Positions 8,950 through 16,167 of a stretch of DNA of 20,000 nt are shown here, piece by piece (position 1 is the first letter of the stretch; every line of letters begins with the position of its first letter). Source of the DNA: an uncultured virus (IMG/VR IMGVR_UViG_3300042691_048250). Lineage: Duplodnaviria; Heunggongvirae; Uroviricota; Caudoviricetes. The position numbers were made by a program, and so were the translations under genes. The stretch is taken from IMG/VR virus record IMGVR_UViG_3300042691_048250, one strand, 5' to 3'. Under the pieces are notes generated by a model that did no database searches, had not been told where the DNA came from, and saw only the letters and a list, made by a program, of their open reading frames with translations.

Positions 8950-9029
8950 AGTATTCCTCCCAGGTATTTATTGTTGCAGTGCATTATAAATCGGAAAATA
9001 TAATGGTTTATACTGAGCCAAATCCCAGG

Positions 9030-9058
9030 TTGACCAGAAATGGCGTTTCTGGTATAAT
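9030..9058 (+). promoter_or_regulatory. Sigma70-type promoter with palindromic spacer
   Basis: TTGACC, 17 bp, TATAAT. ACCAGAAA-TGGCG-TTTCTGGT dyad at 9033-9053. AAGGAG RBS before ATG 9086. Confidence 0.85.
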
Positions 9059-9085
9059 CGTTGTATTGAAACTAAAGGAGCCGAC

Positions 9086-9361
9086 ATGCCCACAATCAGC
9101 GAAATAAATCACGAGATCATGCAAGGATCATTTACCAATGATCAACTCAATGCCATCGCTTCGGCCATACAGTTTCGTCGTCGCCAGATTGGCAAGGAAC
9201 TCAAAATCACTATCCGCGTGGGCGATACTGTGAAATTTTATCACCCCAAACTGGGCCAGGATCTACAAGGTCCCGTGACCAAGGTCAAGATCAAGAACAT
9301 CTTGGTCAAGACTGCTCGTGGTACTTACAATGTGCCAGCCAATCTCCTGGAGCGAGTTTGA
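9086..9361 (+). CDS. Hypothetical protein, SH3/KOW-like C-terminus
   Basis: Strong promoter and RBS. 'IRVGDTVKF...GPVTKVKIKNILV...YNVPANLL'. Confidence 0.8.
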   Translation: MPTISEINHEIMQGSFTNDQLNAIASAIQFRRRQIGKELKITIRVGDTVKFYHPKLGQDLQGPVTKVKIKNILVKTARGTYNVPANLLERV

Positions 9362-9591
9362 AGTTAAACACCAACGAGGCCCTGCAATGGATCGCGGCTG
9401 TGTTCGTGATCCTGGGCCACGTGCTCAACGCTGTCGGACCAGCGGCTTATCCCTGGAACATCCTGGTGTTTTTCGTGGGCATCACTTTTTTCTTGATCTG
9501 GAGTCTCCAGGTACGCAATCGTCCTCAGACCGTGGTCAATGTTTTTTCTTTGGGCATCACTGTTTTAGGGCTGTTCCGGGCCTTATCTTGA
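9358..9591 (+). CDS. Small membrane protein (about 3 TM)
   Basis: TTG start overlapping the upstream stop; 77 aa, with three hydrophobic segments. Confidence 0.75.
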   Translation: MKLNTNEALQWIAAVFVILGHVLNAVGPAAYPWNILVFFVGITFFLIWSLQVRNRPQTVVNVFSLGITVLGLFRALS

Positions 9592-9595
9592 CATA

Positions 9596-9660
9596 GGTAA
9601 GTGCTCACTAACCTACTGTTTTTAGGGTGGTTGACCAAAAATACCCATTTCGGTTATACT
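9596..9660 (+). promoter_or_regulatory. Dyad plus sigma70-type promoter
   Basis: GGTAAG-TGCTCA-CTAACC (9596-9613), then TTGACC (9631-9636), 18 bp, TATACT (9655-9660). Near-copy of the promoter at 19698. Confidence 0.75.
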
Positions 9661-9689
9661 ATAGATACAGTAAACAAAAAGGAGCAGAT

Positions 9690-9968
9690 ATGTCATACTA
9701 CATCATAGTCAAAGCAACCGGACTTATCGTCAGCGATGGTCCCAACTCCACTCGTGCTTATCGCACTGAAGGTGCCGCCAAGGCCACCATAACTCGTTTG
9801 GTCAAAAAAGCCGGTTGGAAAGGCAACGAATTCCAAATCACTCCAACCCGCGATTACCAACCACGCATGGTCACTCGCAAAAACCTGATGTCGGGCAAAG
9901 AGTTCCAGGAGGATGTGAACACTCCTTATTTCTGCTCGCCGGCCAGCGAATCCTACTGGAGCATGTAA
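9690..9968 (+). CDS. Hypothetical phage protein (92 aa)
   Basis: AAGGAG RBS before ATG 9690. Ends 'RKNLMSGKEFQEDVNTPYFCSPASESYWSM'. Confidence 0.8.
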   Translation: MSYYIIVKATGLIVSDGPNSTRAYRTEGAAKATITRLVKKAGWKGNEFQITPTRDYQPRMVTRKNLMSGKEFQEDVNTPYFCSPASESYWSM

Positions 9969-9970
9969 GC

Positions 9971-10369
9971 ATGGGGTTGAAGATCATGGAAGAAATCACG
10001 GTATGGGATGTCCCATACCGTCAACCCAATCATGTGTATCTCATGAGCGGCGACAAGGCCGTGGCGTATTCAAAGTGGGGGCAAGGTCCAGCCGAATACT
10101 TCAACCAACCTCAACGCATCGATCGCCGGGGTCGCAAGTTCATCGAAATCAAAAACAATAAGTGGAAGTTCGATCTCACCGTCCGGACCGACTTGGAAGT
10201 ATCAGAGAAGCCTAAAGGCCAGACTTGGATCGTAGCCAGTTCCAAAGGCGGAGAATATACTGTGAGCCTCGACGCAGGACATTGGTCATGCACTTGCCCG
10301 GGACACGGTTTCCGTGGTCGTTGTCGTCACGTGGATGAACTGCGAGCATCAAACCCGCAACAGGGATAA
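9971..10369 (+). CDS. SWIM zinc-finger protein
   Basis: C-terminal 'YTVSLDAGHWSCTCPGHGFRGRCRHV' matches the SWIM CxC...CxH pattern. ATG 9971 lies 2 nt after the upstream stop. Confidence 0.85.
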   Translation: MGLKIMEEITVWDVPYRQPNHVYLMSGDKAVAYSKWGQGPAEYFNQPQRIDRRGRKFIEIKNNKWKFDLTVRTDLEVSEKPKGQTWIVASSKGGEYTVSLDAGHWSCTCPGHGFRGRCRHVDELRASNPQQG

Positions 10370-10401
10370 ACTTAGGTTCCATCCCATATTTACCCAAAAC
10401 A

Positions 10402-10422
10402 AAACCGCCTCAGGGGCGGTTT
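10402..10422. terminator. Hairpin terminator between convergent genes
   Basis: AAACCGCCT-CAG-GGGCGGTTT stem-loop with short A/T flanks. Confidence 0.7.
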
Positions 10423-10450
10423 CGTCGTTCGAAAATCCGGTGCGCCAGGA

Positions 10451-10615
10451 TTACTTCTTGGCGTCCTTCTTGTCGTCCTTTTTTGCTTCTTTCTTCTCTT
10501 CTTTCTTCACTTCGGCTTTCTTTGGCTCTTCTTTCTTAGCAGGAGCTGCAGGCGCCTGGGCAAATGCTACGCCGGCGGCAAAGAGGCCAGCGATAAGGGT
10601 TGCGATTGCTTTCAT
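10451..10615 (-). CDS. Small secreted Lys/Glu-rich protein (54 aa)
   Basis: GGAGG RBS. Signal peptide MKAIATLIAGLFAAGVAFA followed by the low-complexity QAPAAPAKKEEPKKAEVKKEEKKEAKKDDKKDAKK. Confidence 0.8.
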   Translation of the reverse strand: MKAIATLIAGLFAAGVAFAQAPAAPAKKEEPKKAEVKKEEKKEAKKDDKKDAKK

Positions 10616-10644
10616 GATTCCTCCAATTGGATAAAAAGCGGATT

Positions 10645-10674
10645 GGGCTGGACCATCCAGCCCGTTGGTATTTA
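10645..10674 (-). promoter_or_regulatory. TAAATA late-type motif followed by a leader hairpin
   Basis: TAAATA at 10674-10669, then the hairpin GGGCTGGA-TGG-TCCAGCCC (10663-10645). Confidence 0.5.
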
Positions 10675-10845
10675 CTGTTTTCTTGCTGACCTGGCGTGTT
10701 TTTTTCTGGACAACTTGGTTGTTGACCATAAAAGGTAGAATTTGTACAGGAAATTATGCCGTTTTAGTAGATTTTACGTGAACTTGCTGTTATTATTATA
10801 AGACGCTGTAAACAACACAGCGACTTTATATAGAAAGGTAAAACT

Positions 10846-11115
10846 GTGAAATTTATCAATCCTGAAACCAAGACGTTCCGTGTTTTCCAAGCTCTGCAAG
10901 AAGGTCAGACCCTGACCACCGCTAAAGCCAAGAAAATGGGCATTGGCAATCTCAACGCCGAAGTGTATCGCATCCGCCAGCATGGCTTTGCTGTGTACGC
11001 TAACCGCCGTACCGCTGGCAATGGCGTGCGTGTGACCGAGTACGTTTTGGGCAAACCCAGCCGTAACATGGTCGCTCTTGCTTACAAAGCACAGAGCCTT
11101 GGTATCACTCTGTAA
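10846..11115 (+). CDS. Putative winged-helix/HTH DNA-binding protein
   Basis: GTG start after AAAGG. The basic 'VFQALQEGQTLTTAKAKKMGIGNLNAEVYRIRQHGFAVY' is a wHTH-like pattern. Confidence 0.7.
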   Translation: MKFINPETKTFRVFQALQEGQTLTTAKAKKMGIGNLNAEVYRIRQHGFAVYANRRTAGNGVRVTEYVLGKPSRNMVALAYKAQSLGITL

Positions 11116-11151
11116 TACCAACTCGCTGGTCTGATCTCACAGACCACACTC

Positions 11152-11181
11152 AAAAAAGCCACTCAACCTGGGTGGCTTTTT
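11152..11181 (+). terminator. Rho-independent terminator
   Basis: AAAAAAGCCACTCA-ACC-TGGGTGGCTTTTT. Confidence 0.85.
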
Positions 11182-11182
11182 G

Positions 11183-11212
11183 TTGACCGGAAACTCTATT
11201 GTAGTGTATAAT
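11183..11212 (+). promoter_or_regulatory. Sigma70-type promoter
   Basis: TTGACC, 18 bp, (TG)TATAAT, directly after the terminator. Confidence 0.75.
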
Positions 11213-11246
11213 AAGTTCTGTTCGTAAATATTCGCAAGGATAATTC

Positions 11247-11756
11247 ATGCCAAATTGGTGCCAAAATACCGCAGTGATCAATGGGCCCAAGCCCGTGATC
11301 GATGAAATCAAAAACATCATCTCAGAAGAAAAAGGTCTGCTGAATTGGATGTGCCCTATGCCCCAAGCCGAATCAGAGAACTGGTACGATTGGTGTTGCT
11401 CAAACTGGGGAACCAAATGGGATGTAACTGAACCCTTTGTCAGCGATGATACTGAAGAAGATTCGATCACACTGAGTTTTGACACTGCCTGGGCACCACC
11501 GTCGACAGCCTTCAGGTCATGGGCCGAAAGAGATGGTCGGGTGACCTACAAGTTGTCGTATATTGAAACCGGTATGGGTTTTGTGGGCTGGGAAGGCTAT
11601 GACGGCGAATACTTTGATGAAGACCATGCGGAACAAGGTCAAGACTCTGCGAGATACTGGGAGATGGCTGCAGAAGAATTTGGCATGGAGCCTGACGAAG
11701 ACCCCGAACCACTGACCGAGTGGTATGAGCAAGGTGTGCGAGAAAAAGGATTGTGA
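11247..11756 (+). CDS. DUF1281/Api92(YubB)-like ferredoxin-fold protein
   Basis: MPNWCQN start, WYDWCCSNWGTKWD, FDTAWAPP and YIETGMGFVG motifs. Confidence 0.85.
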   Translation: MPNWCQNTAVINGPKPVIDEIKNIISEEKGLLNWMCPMPQAESENWYDWCCSNWGTKWDVTEPFVSDDTEEDSITLSFDTAWAPPSTAFRSWAERDGRVTYKLSYIETGMGFVGWEGYDGEYFDEDHAEQGQDSARYWEMAAEEFGMEPDEDPEPLTEWYEQGVREKGL

Positions 11757-11758
11757 TC

Positions 11759-12097
11759 ATGGAAAACTTTATCATAGGCTTGGTCGTTGGTGTTATTCTT
11801 ACAGCCTTGGTGATCAGGATTGCACTGCATCTGGCAGTACGCCGCGCCGAGGAAACCTTGGAGGCCCTGGAACAGGCCATAGAAAACCTGCAGGCCAACA
11901 TGATTCCGGCCCGTGTAGAACAGCATGATGGTATGTTCTATGTGTACAATGCTCGTGACAACAGTTTCATCGCACAAGGTACCTCCCTGGCCGAACTGCG
12001 AAGCCGCATTGAGCGGCGCATGAAAGATGCTCACGTCGTGGTGCAAGAAGGCGACCCAGCAGTGCTTGAAGCCCTGAAGGCCACTAATCATGCTTAA
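11759..12097 (+). CDS. Hypothetical protein with an N-terminal membrane anchor
   Basis: Hydrophobic N-terminus, a coiled segment, then 'FYVYNARDNSFIAQG'. Alternative GTG start at 11753. Confidence 0.75.
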   Translation: MENFIIGLVVGVILTALVIRIALHLAVRRAEETLEALEQAIENLQANMIPARVEQHDGMFYVYNARDNSFIAQGTSLAELRSRIERRMKDAHVVVQEGDPAVLEALKATNHA

Positions 12098-12275
12098 ATG
12101 GTTGCGCTACAGTGGTGCGTCCATAGTGATAGCCGTGAATCCTCTGTATTGGAAGGCCTGGCCTTGGTATCGCAATGAGACCAATCAAGAATGGCCCAGC
12201 CCAAGCGGGGGTACCTGGGCAGTGGGATTTTTGTTCCTGACAGTGAGGATCTGGATCGATGATGGGTCTTGGTGA
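12090..12275 (+). CDS. Hypothetical Trp-rich protein (61 aa)
   Basis: Overlap-coupled to its neighbours. Ends 'FLTVRIWIDDGSW'. Confidence 0.7.
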   Translation: MLKWLRYSGASIVIAVNPLYWKAWPWYRNETNQEWPSPSGGTWAVGFLFLTVRIWIDDGSW

Positions 12276-12438
12276 AGCGGCCGATATCCGGTGGTGGTAT
12301 GAGTTCTTGACCGAAGAGTGTGGACTCACGATAGGTCAGGATTGGTGTTGGGGCTGGAAAGACGATGCCTGGGCCATAGAATTCACTGACGCCAAACAGG
12401 AGACCCGAGTGCGATTAAAACTGCGCGATGACACATAA
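12262..12438 (+). CDS. Hypothetical protein (58 aa)
   Basis: Not in the ORF track. MGLGEAADIRWWYEFLTEECGLTIGQDWCWGWKDDAWAIEFTDAKQETRVRLKLRDDT fills the gap between coupled genes. Confidence 0.65.
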   Translation: MGLGEAADIRWWYEFLTEECGLTIGQDWCWGWKDDAWAIEFTDAKQETRVRLKLRDDT

Positions 12439-12628
12439 GACCGTGCTTACACGCCGAGAGCTTGAGCGTGCCGCACTGTGGTTGCAGTTGAACAAAGATT
12501 ATGATTCGGTCATGATTGTGCAGAAACACAAGAATGGCGTTGGCATAGCGACCTGGGCGAGATTTTTCAATCGCGACAGCCCAGATCGCTATGAAGAAAT
12601 TGATGTGACAGAATATGAGGAATGGTAG
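12428..12628 (+). CDS. Hypothetical protein (66 aa)
   Basis: Overlaps the previous stop. Acidic C-terminus 'EIDVTEYEEW'. Confidence 0.7.
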   Translation: MTHKTVLTRRELERAALWLQLNKDYDSVMIVQKHKNGVGIATWARFFNRDSPDRYEEIDVTEYEEW

Positions 12629-12632
12629 ATAA

Positions 12633-12731
12633 ATGACAAATGTAAACAACTGGCAGTTGAAATCAGGATCTTTTGCCATGGATCTTGACTTTGCCGCAAA
12701 ATTGATCAAAGAACATTTTGGAGTCAAATGA
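12633..12731 (+). CDS. Tiny ORF or gene remnant ending LIKEHFGVK
   Basis: MTNVNNWQLKSGSFAMDLDFAAKLIKEHFGVK. ATGA-coupled to the next gene and shares its 3' 23-mer. Confidence 0.45.
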   Translation: MTNVNNWQLKSGSFAMDLDFAAKLIKEHFGVK

Positions 12732-12930
12732 AAGAGCGAATTCGAGAACTTGCTGAACAGGCCAATCTAACTATTGCTCGCAGTTCGCTATGGCAATATC
12801 AAGTCAATAAATTCGCTGAGTTGATCGTGCAGGAATGTGCCGCAATCGCAGACAAAGAACGACCCAACTATGTTGGTTGTGGATACATCACTAAGACCAA
12901 GGGCATGTTGATCAAAGAACATTTTGGAGT
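12702..12930 (+). repeat. 23-bp direct repeat at two gene ends
   Basis: TTGATCAAAGAACATTTTGGAGT at 12702-12724 and 12908-12930. Confidence 0.9.
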
Positions 12931-12940
12931 TGAAGAATGA
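12728..12940 (+). CDS. Hypothetical phage protein (MKERIRELAEQA...KFAELIVQEC...IKEHFGVEE)
   Basis: 70 aa, ATGA coupling at both ends. Confidence 0.8.
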   Translation: MKERIRELAEQANLTIARSSLWQYQVNKFAELIVQECAAIADKERPNYVGCGYITKTKGMLIKEHFGVEE

Positions 12941-13155
12941 AAGTATCAGCCAACGGAGTAGAAGGACAGTTGATTTGGTGCGGCGACGGAGTCTACAGAT
13001 TCCGTGTTTATACAGACGATTTTGAATTCACAGATTACGACCTTTTACACAGCGATTTGTCTGTGATAATTACTGATTCCGATGCTACATTCTATTCTGA
13101 TGAACAAGGTAACAGATTAGATCATAGCCCGCAAACATTGGGAGTTGAACGATGA
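12937..13155 (+). CDS. Hypothetical protein (72 aa)
   Basis: ATGA coupling. GGAG RBS supplied by the upstream gene end. Confidence 0.75.
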   Translation: MKVSANGVEGQLIWCGDGVYRFRVYTDDFEFTDYDLLHSDLSVIITDSDATFYSDEQGNRLDHSPQTLGVER

Positions 13156-13877
13156 AAGTATATATTTCTAACTATAGGGATCACTGGTACAGCCCTTACA
13201 CGATCATCGAGGGTGTGTTCTTTTGGACAGACTGGTCCAAATGCGGTCGCTGGACACTGACACAAACACTGGAAGATGAACAGCGAGAAAAAAGCCAGTG
13301 GGTGGATCATCCTGGGTGGGTTGACCGCTGGGCAGATAGGATCGAACCCATCAGCCGCGCTATCAAATGGGTGTTGGACAAGATCCATCCGCCTTTGAAC
13401 TATGTCAAGATCGATCGCTGGGATACCTGGTCCATGGATCATACCTTGGCTTCCATCGTGTTGCCCATGTTGCGACAACTCAAAGAAACCAAACATGGTG
13501 CTCCACTGGTAAATGACGAGGATGTGCCAGAGCATCTGCGTAGCACTGCCGCTCCGCCCAAGAAAAACGAGCACGATACCGATGACAATCATTTCCTGCG
13601 TTGGGACTGGGTCTTGGATGAAATGATCTTTGCCTTTGAAAAGAAGAACCAAGACGATTGGAGTTCAGAGTTTCACTCCGGAGAGATCGACATGTTGTGG
13701 GTGCCAGTGGACAAAGATGGCAATGAGGTTGACAAAGGCGATCACAAGTATTACAAAATGAAGCACGGTCCTCAGCACACCCACGAAGTTGATATGGATG
13801 GCATGACAGCAGTCCAGGATCGCATAACCAATGGTTTCCGCTTGTTTGGCAAATATTACGAAGCACTTTGGGACTAA
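13152..13877 (+). CDS. Hypothetical phage protein (241 aa)
   Basis: ATGA coupling. Contains 'KIDRWDTWSMDHTLA', 'WDWVLDEMIFAFE' and 'NGFRLFGKYYEALWD'. Confidence 0.85.
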   Translation: MKVYISNYRDHWYSPYTIIEGVFFWTDWSKCGRWTLTQTLEDEQREKSQWVDHPGWVDRWADRIEPISRAIKWVLDKIHPPLNYVKIDRWDTWSMDHTLASIVLPMLRQLKETKHGAPLVNDEDVPEHLRSTAAPPKKNEHDTDDNHFLRWDWVLDEMIFAFEKKNQDDWSSEFHSGEIDMLWVPVDKDGNEVDKGDHKYYKMKHGPQHTHEVDMDGMTAVQDRITNGFRLFGKYYEALWD

Positions 13878-13957
13878 CATGACACAGAGTCATACTACTC
13901 GGCGAGACCCTCAGGGAGATTTGTATTGCTGGAAGGTAGCACAACCGGAGTTGAGAT

Positions 13958-14575
13958 TTGACTAAAATTGTGTCAATTCGCCCCACTGAAAACCTATTCA
14001 GCGTGACATGGATGCTGGGGAGCCGGTGCAACTACGATTGCATGTACTGTGATCCTGAGTGGCATGACATGACCAGTACTCCGCATGATCTTGGCACATT
14101 GAAACAGGTCTGGAACAACATCTACCAGGCCAGCAAATCTAAAAACTTGCCTTACAAGATCAGCTTTACCGGTGGAGAAGTCACTGCAAATAAAAACTTC
14201 CTGCCCTTGGTAGAATGGTTGAGATCAGAATTCAAAGACATAGCCATGATTTCAATCACCACTAACGGCAGCGCCAGCCTAAACTATTATCAACGTCTGT
14301 CCCAGTTGGTTGAATCTATCAGTTTTAGCACTCATAGCGAGTTCATGGACGAGCAGGTATTCTTTGACAAGGTCCACGCCATTGACCAGATCATGATCAG
14401 ACCAGACAAAAGTGTGCATGTCAACATCATGGACGAATTCTGGAATAGTGCTCGGGTGCCTGTGTATCAGTCCTGGTTGTCTGAAAGAAATATAAGTCAC
14501 AGTGTGAATGCCATCGACTACTCTCACCAAACTCGCACTTATCCCATGATCAAAGGAGAACAGAATCTTGGTTGA
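13958..14575 (+). CDS. Radical SAM protein (core domain only)
   Basis: CNYDCMYC, FTGGE and TTNGS motifs. TTG start after GGAG. Confidence 0.9.
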   Translation: MTKIVSIRPTENLFSVTWMLGSRCNYDCMYCDPEWHDMTSTPHDLGTLKQVWNNIYQASKSKNLPYKISFTGGEVTANKNFLPLVEWLRSEFKDIAMISITTNGSASLNYYQRLSQLVESISFSTHSEFMDEQVFFDKVHAIDQIMIRPDKSVHVNIMDEFWNSARVPVYQSWLSERNISHSVNAIDYSHQTRTYPMIKGEQNLG

Positions 14576-14882
14576 CTTCAATGATCATATCAACTATAAT
14601 TGTGAGATAACTACCGATCAAGGTCAAACTTATCGTGTGTATGCCAATTGGATACACAACAATAGCCTGGACCACTGGCGAGATTGGCAGTGTTTCACTG
14701 GTGCTCAACGTGTTTACATAGACAAGGATCTCCAGGTATACAACGGTGAATGTAGAAACACCCGCATAGGATCGGCCTTGGATGTTATACAGTTGCCCGA
14801 TCATGTCACGTGTAATCGAGATACCTGCACTGGCTGTACCGATGATCTAATGGCTACCAAACACTGCAATGACCAGCAATAA
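14568..14882 (+). CDS. Stand-alone SPASM/Twitch-like Fe-S domain protein
   Basis: 'WQCFTGAQRVYIDKDLQVYNGEC...CNRDTCTGCTDD'. TTG start with an upstream AAAGGAG, overlapping the radical SAM stop. Confidence 0.7.
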   Translation: MVDFNDHINYNCEITTDQGQTYRVYANWIHNNSLDHWRDWQCFTGAQRVYIDKDLQVYNGECRNTRIGSALDVIQLPDHVTCNRDTCTGCTDDLMATKHCNDQQ

Positions 14883-15372
14883 AGCCAAGGGCCGAGACAG
14901 TTTTGATGCCACAATTGGCAATAGCCTGGTGGAGTTTATCAATCGCACTTCCACGCCCTATCCTGTGGAGGTTGGGGCACCGGCCTTTGATCTCGTGCCT
15001 GTGGAGCGACAAAAAGATATCATGCTCAATGTGGCTCGCTTGCATGCCCAGCAAGAGTATGATCGCATCATGTCTCTCGTGGCTGTGCTACAACAGCAGG
15101 CCAACAGCATACGGCGCAGACTGGAGATAACCGACGCGGTGCATGCCGCCAAGTACCAGTTCCAGGTCTATCACAATCAGATATATTGGCTGGCCCAGGA
15201 TAACAGGCAAGGATGCACTATATTGACCAGCCTTGGCCCTACAGATTGGTCCACTGGTGCTCCTGATCATTACCAATACATAGCCCGTGTGCGATGGTTA
15301 GGAGATTACACATGGATCGAAGTCAACGACAAAGGAGAACCAGTAAATGACGGTGATGTCTCACATGGTTGA
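14869..15372 (+). CDS. DUF2452-like protein
   Basis: 'PYPVEVGAPAF', a coiled coil, then 'AKYQFQ...YWL...LGPTDW...W' match the pattern I recall for DUF2452. Confidence 0.65.
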   Translation: MTSNKAKGRDSFDATIGNSLVEFINRTSTPYPVEVGAPAFDLVPVERQKDIMLNVARLHAQQEYDRIMSLVAVLQQQANSIRRRLEITDAVHAAKYQFQVYHNQIYWLAQDNRQGCTILTSLGPTDWSTGAPDHYQYIARVRWLGDYTWIEVNDKGEPVNDGDVSHG

Positions 15373-15586
15373 ACAACTCATGCAGAATTTTGATCCTGAA
15401 TTTTCCCCTCGGGTGCCCCGCGAACAATATGATCAATGGGCACGAGGATTTGTGTTTGATGGTCTGCGGAACCAGAGATACGGACAGAGTTTTTGCAACC
15501 GCTTCGGCATACAAGATAATCTTTTGTTTTTCGCAGAATCGGTAGAGGAAGCCGATCGTTATATACAGAAAAATTATATCAAATGA
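15347..15586 (+). CDS. Hypothetical protein (about 73-79 aa)
   Basis: AAAGGAG upstream. Contains 'RYGQSFCNRFGI'. Exact start uncertain (15347, 15356 or 15365). Confidence 0.7.
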   Translation: MTVMSHMVEQLMQNFDPEFSPRVPREQYDQWARGFVFDGLRNQRYGQSFCNRFGIQDNLLFFAESVEEADRYIQKNYIK

Positions 15587-16167
15587 AACTTTACTTCGCG
15601 TATGGCGCAAACTTAAATATACACAGCATGCGATACCGCTGTCCTGACGCAGTGGCCGTGGAACCGATGTATTTGCATGGGTGGCGATTGGCATTTTCGG
15701 GTGTGGCTACCATACAACCCGATGTCGACGGCTGTGTGCCTGGTGCTCTATGGGCCATCAGCGAATCAGATGAACGCAGTCTGGATTGTTTTGAAGGATG
15801 GCCTAACCTGTATCGCAAAGAAATATTGCACTGCAACGGTTTGGAATTCATGGTCTACGTCATGAACAGTGATAGGCCAGCAGAACCATCATCGGGGTAT
15901 CTCATGACCATAGCCCAGGGATATCAAGATTGGTGTCTGGATCTGGAAGACTTGGTTTGTGCTGTACAAAAAAATGAACAGGAGGTTTTAAATCATGATC
16001 TGCAATGGAGCTCCCGTGGTAACGGGGTTGGAGGACATCTTGGACACCTGGTACCAGATGTACAGATACAATCTCGCGATGATGTACGCTGGATGCGTGG
16101 TGTTTGGAATTCCGACCGCTATTCTTCAACCCTGGAACCATGCGATCAAGTGATCAGTACCAGGTAG
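15583..16167 (+). CDS. Gamma-glutamylcyclotransferase (AIG2/GGCT-like)
   Basis: LYFAYGANL, GWRLAF, VPGALW, LDCFEG..LY, PSSGYL..I..GY. A C-terminal extension of about 60 aa does not look like GGCT. Confidence 0.9.
   Translation: MKLYFAYGANLNIHSMRYRCPDAVAVEPMYLHGWRLAFSGVATIQPDVDGCVPGALWAISESDERSLDCFEGWPNLYRKEILHCNGLEFMVYVMNSDRPAEPSSGYLMTIAQGYQDWCLDLEDLVCAVQKNEQEVLNHDLQWSSRGNGVGGHLGHLVPDVQIQSRDDVRWMRGVWNSDRYSSTLEPCDQVISTR
15995..16153 (+). CDS. Possible nested small ORF (52 aa) in an alternate frame
   Basis: AGGAGGT RBS. MICNGAPVVTGLEDILDTWYQMYRYNLAMMYAGCVVFGIPTAILQPWNHAIK. Confidence 0.5.
   Translation: MICNGAPVVTGLEDILDTWYQMYRYNLAMMYAGCVVFGIPTAILQPWNHAIK

Noticed and set aside
8564..9029. 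Possible ncRNA in the apparent intergenic gap, and the plus-strand ORF 8797-9003
   Set aside because: Better explained by three coupled minus-strand micro-ORFs with an RBS. No tRNA or other known RNA fold was recognised.
10722..10750. GTTGACC -35-like site
   Set aside because: No convincing -10 at 17-18 bp (TACAGG), so it is not called as a promoter.
12702..12930. 23-bp repeat as a CRISPR or att site
   Set aside because: Only two copies, 206 bp apart and inside coding ends. No cas or integrase genes nearby.
13879..13965. 28-codon ORF MTQSHTTRRDPQGDLYCWKVAQPELRFD
   Set aside because: Very short, with a weak RBS and no recognisable motif. It may be filler or a remnant.
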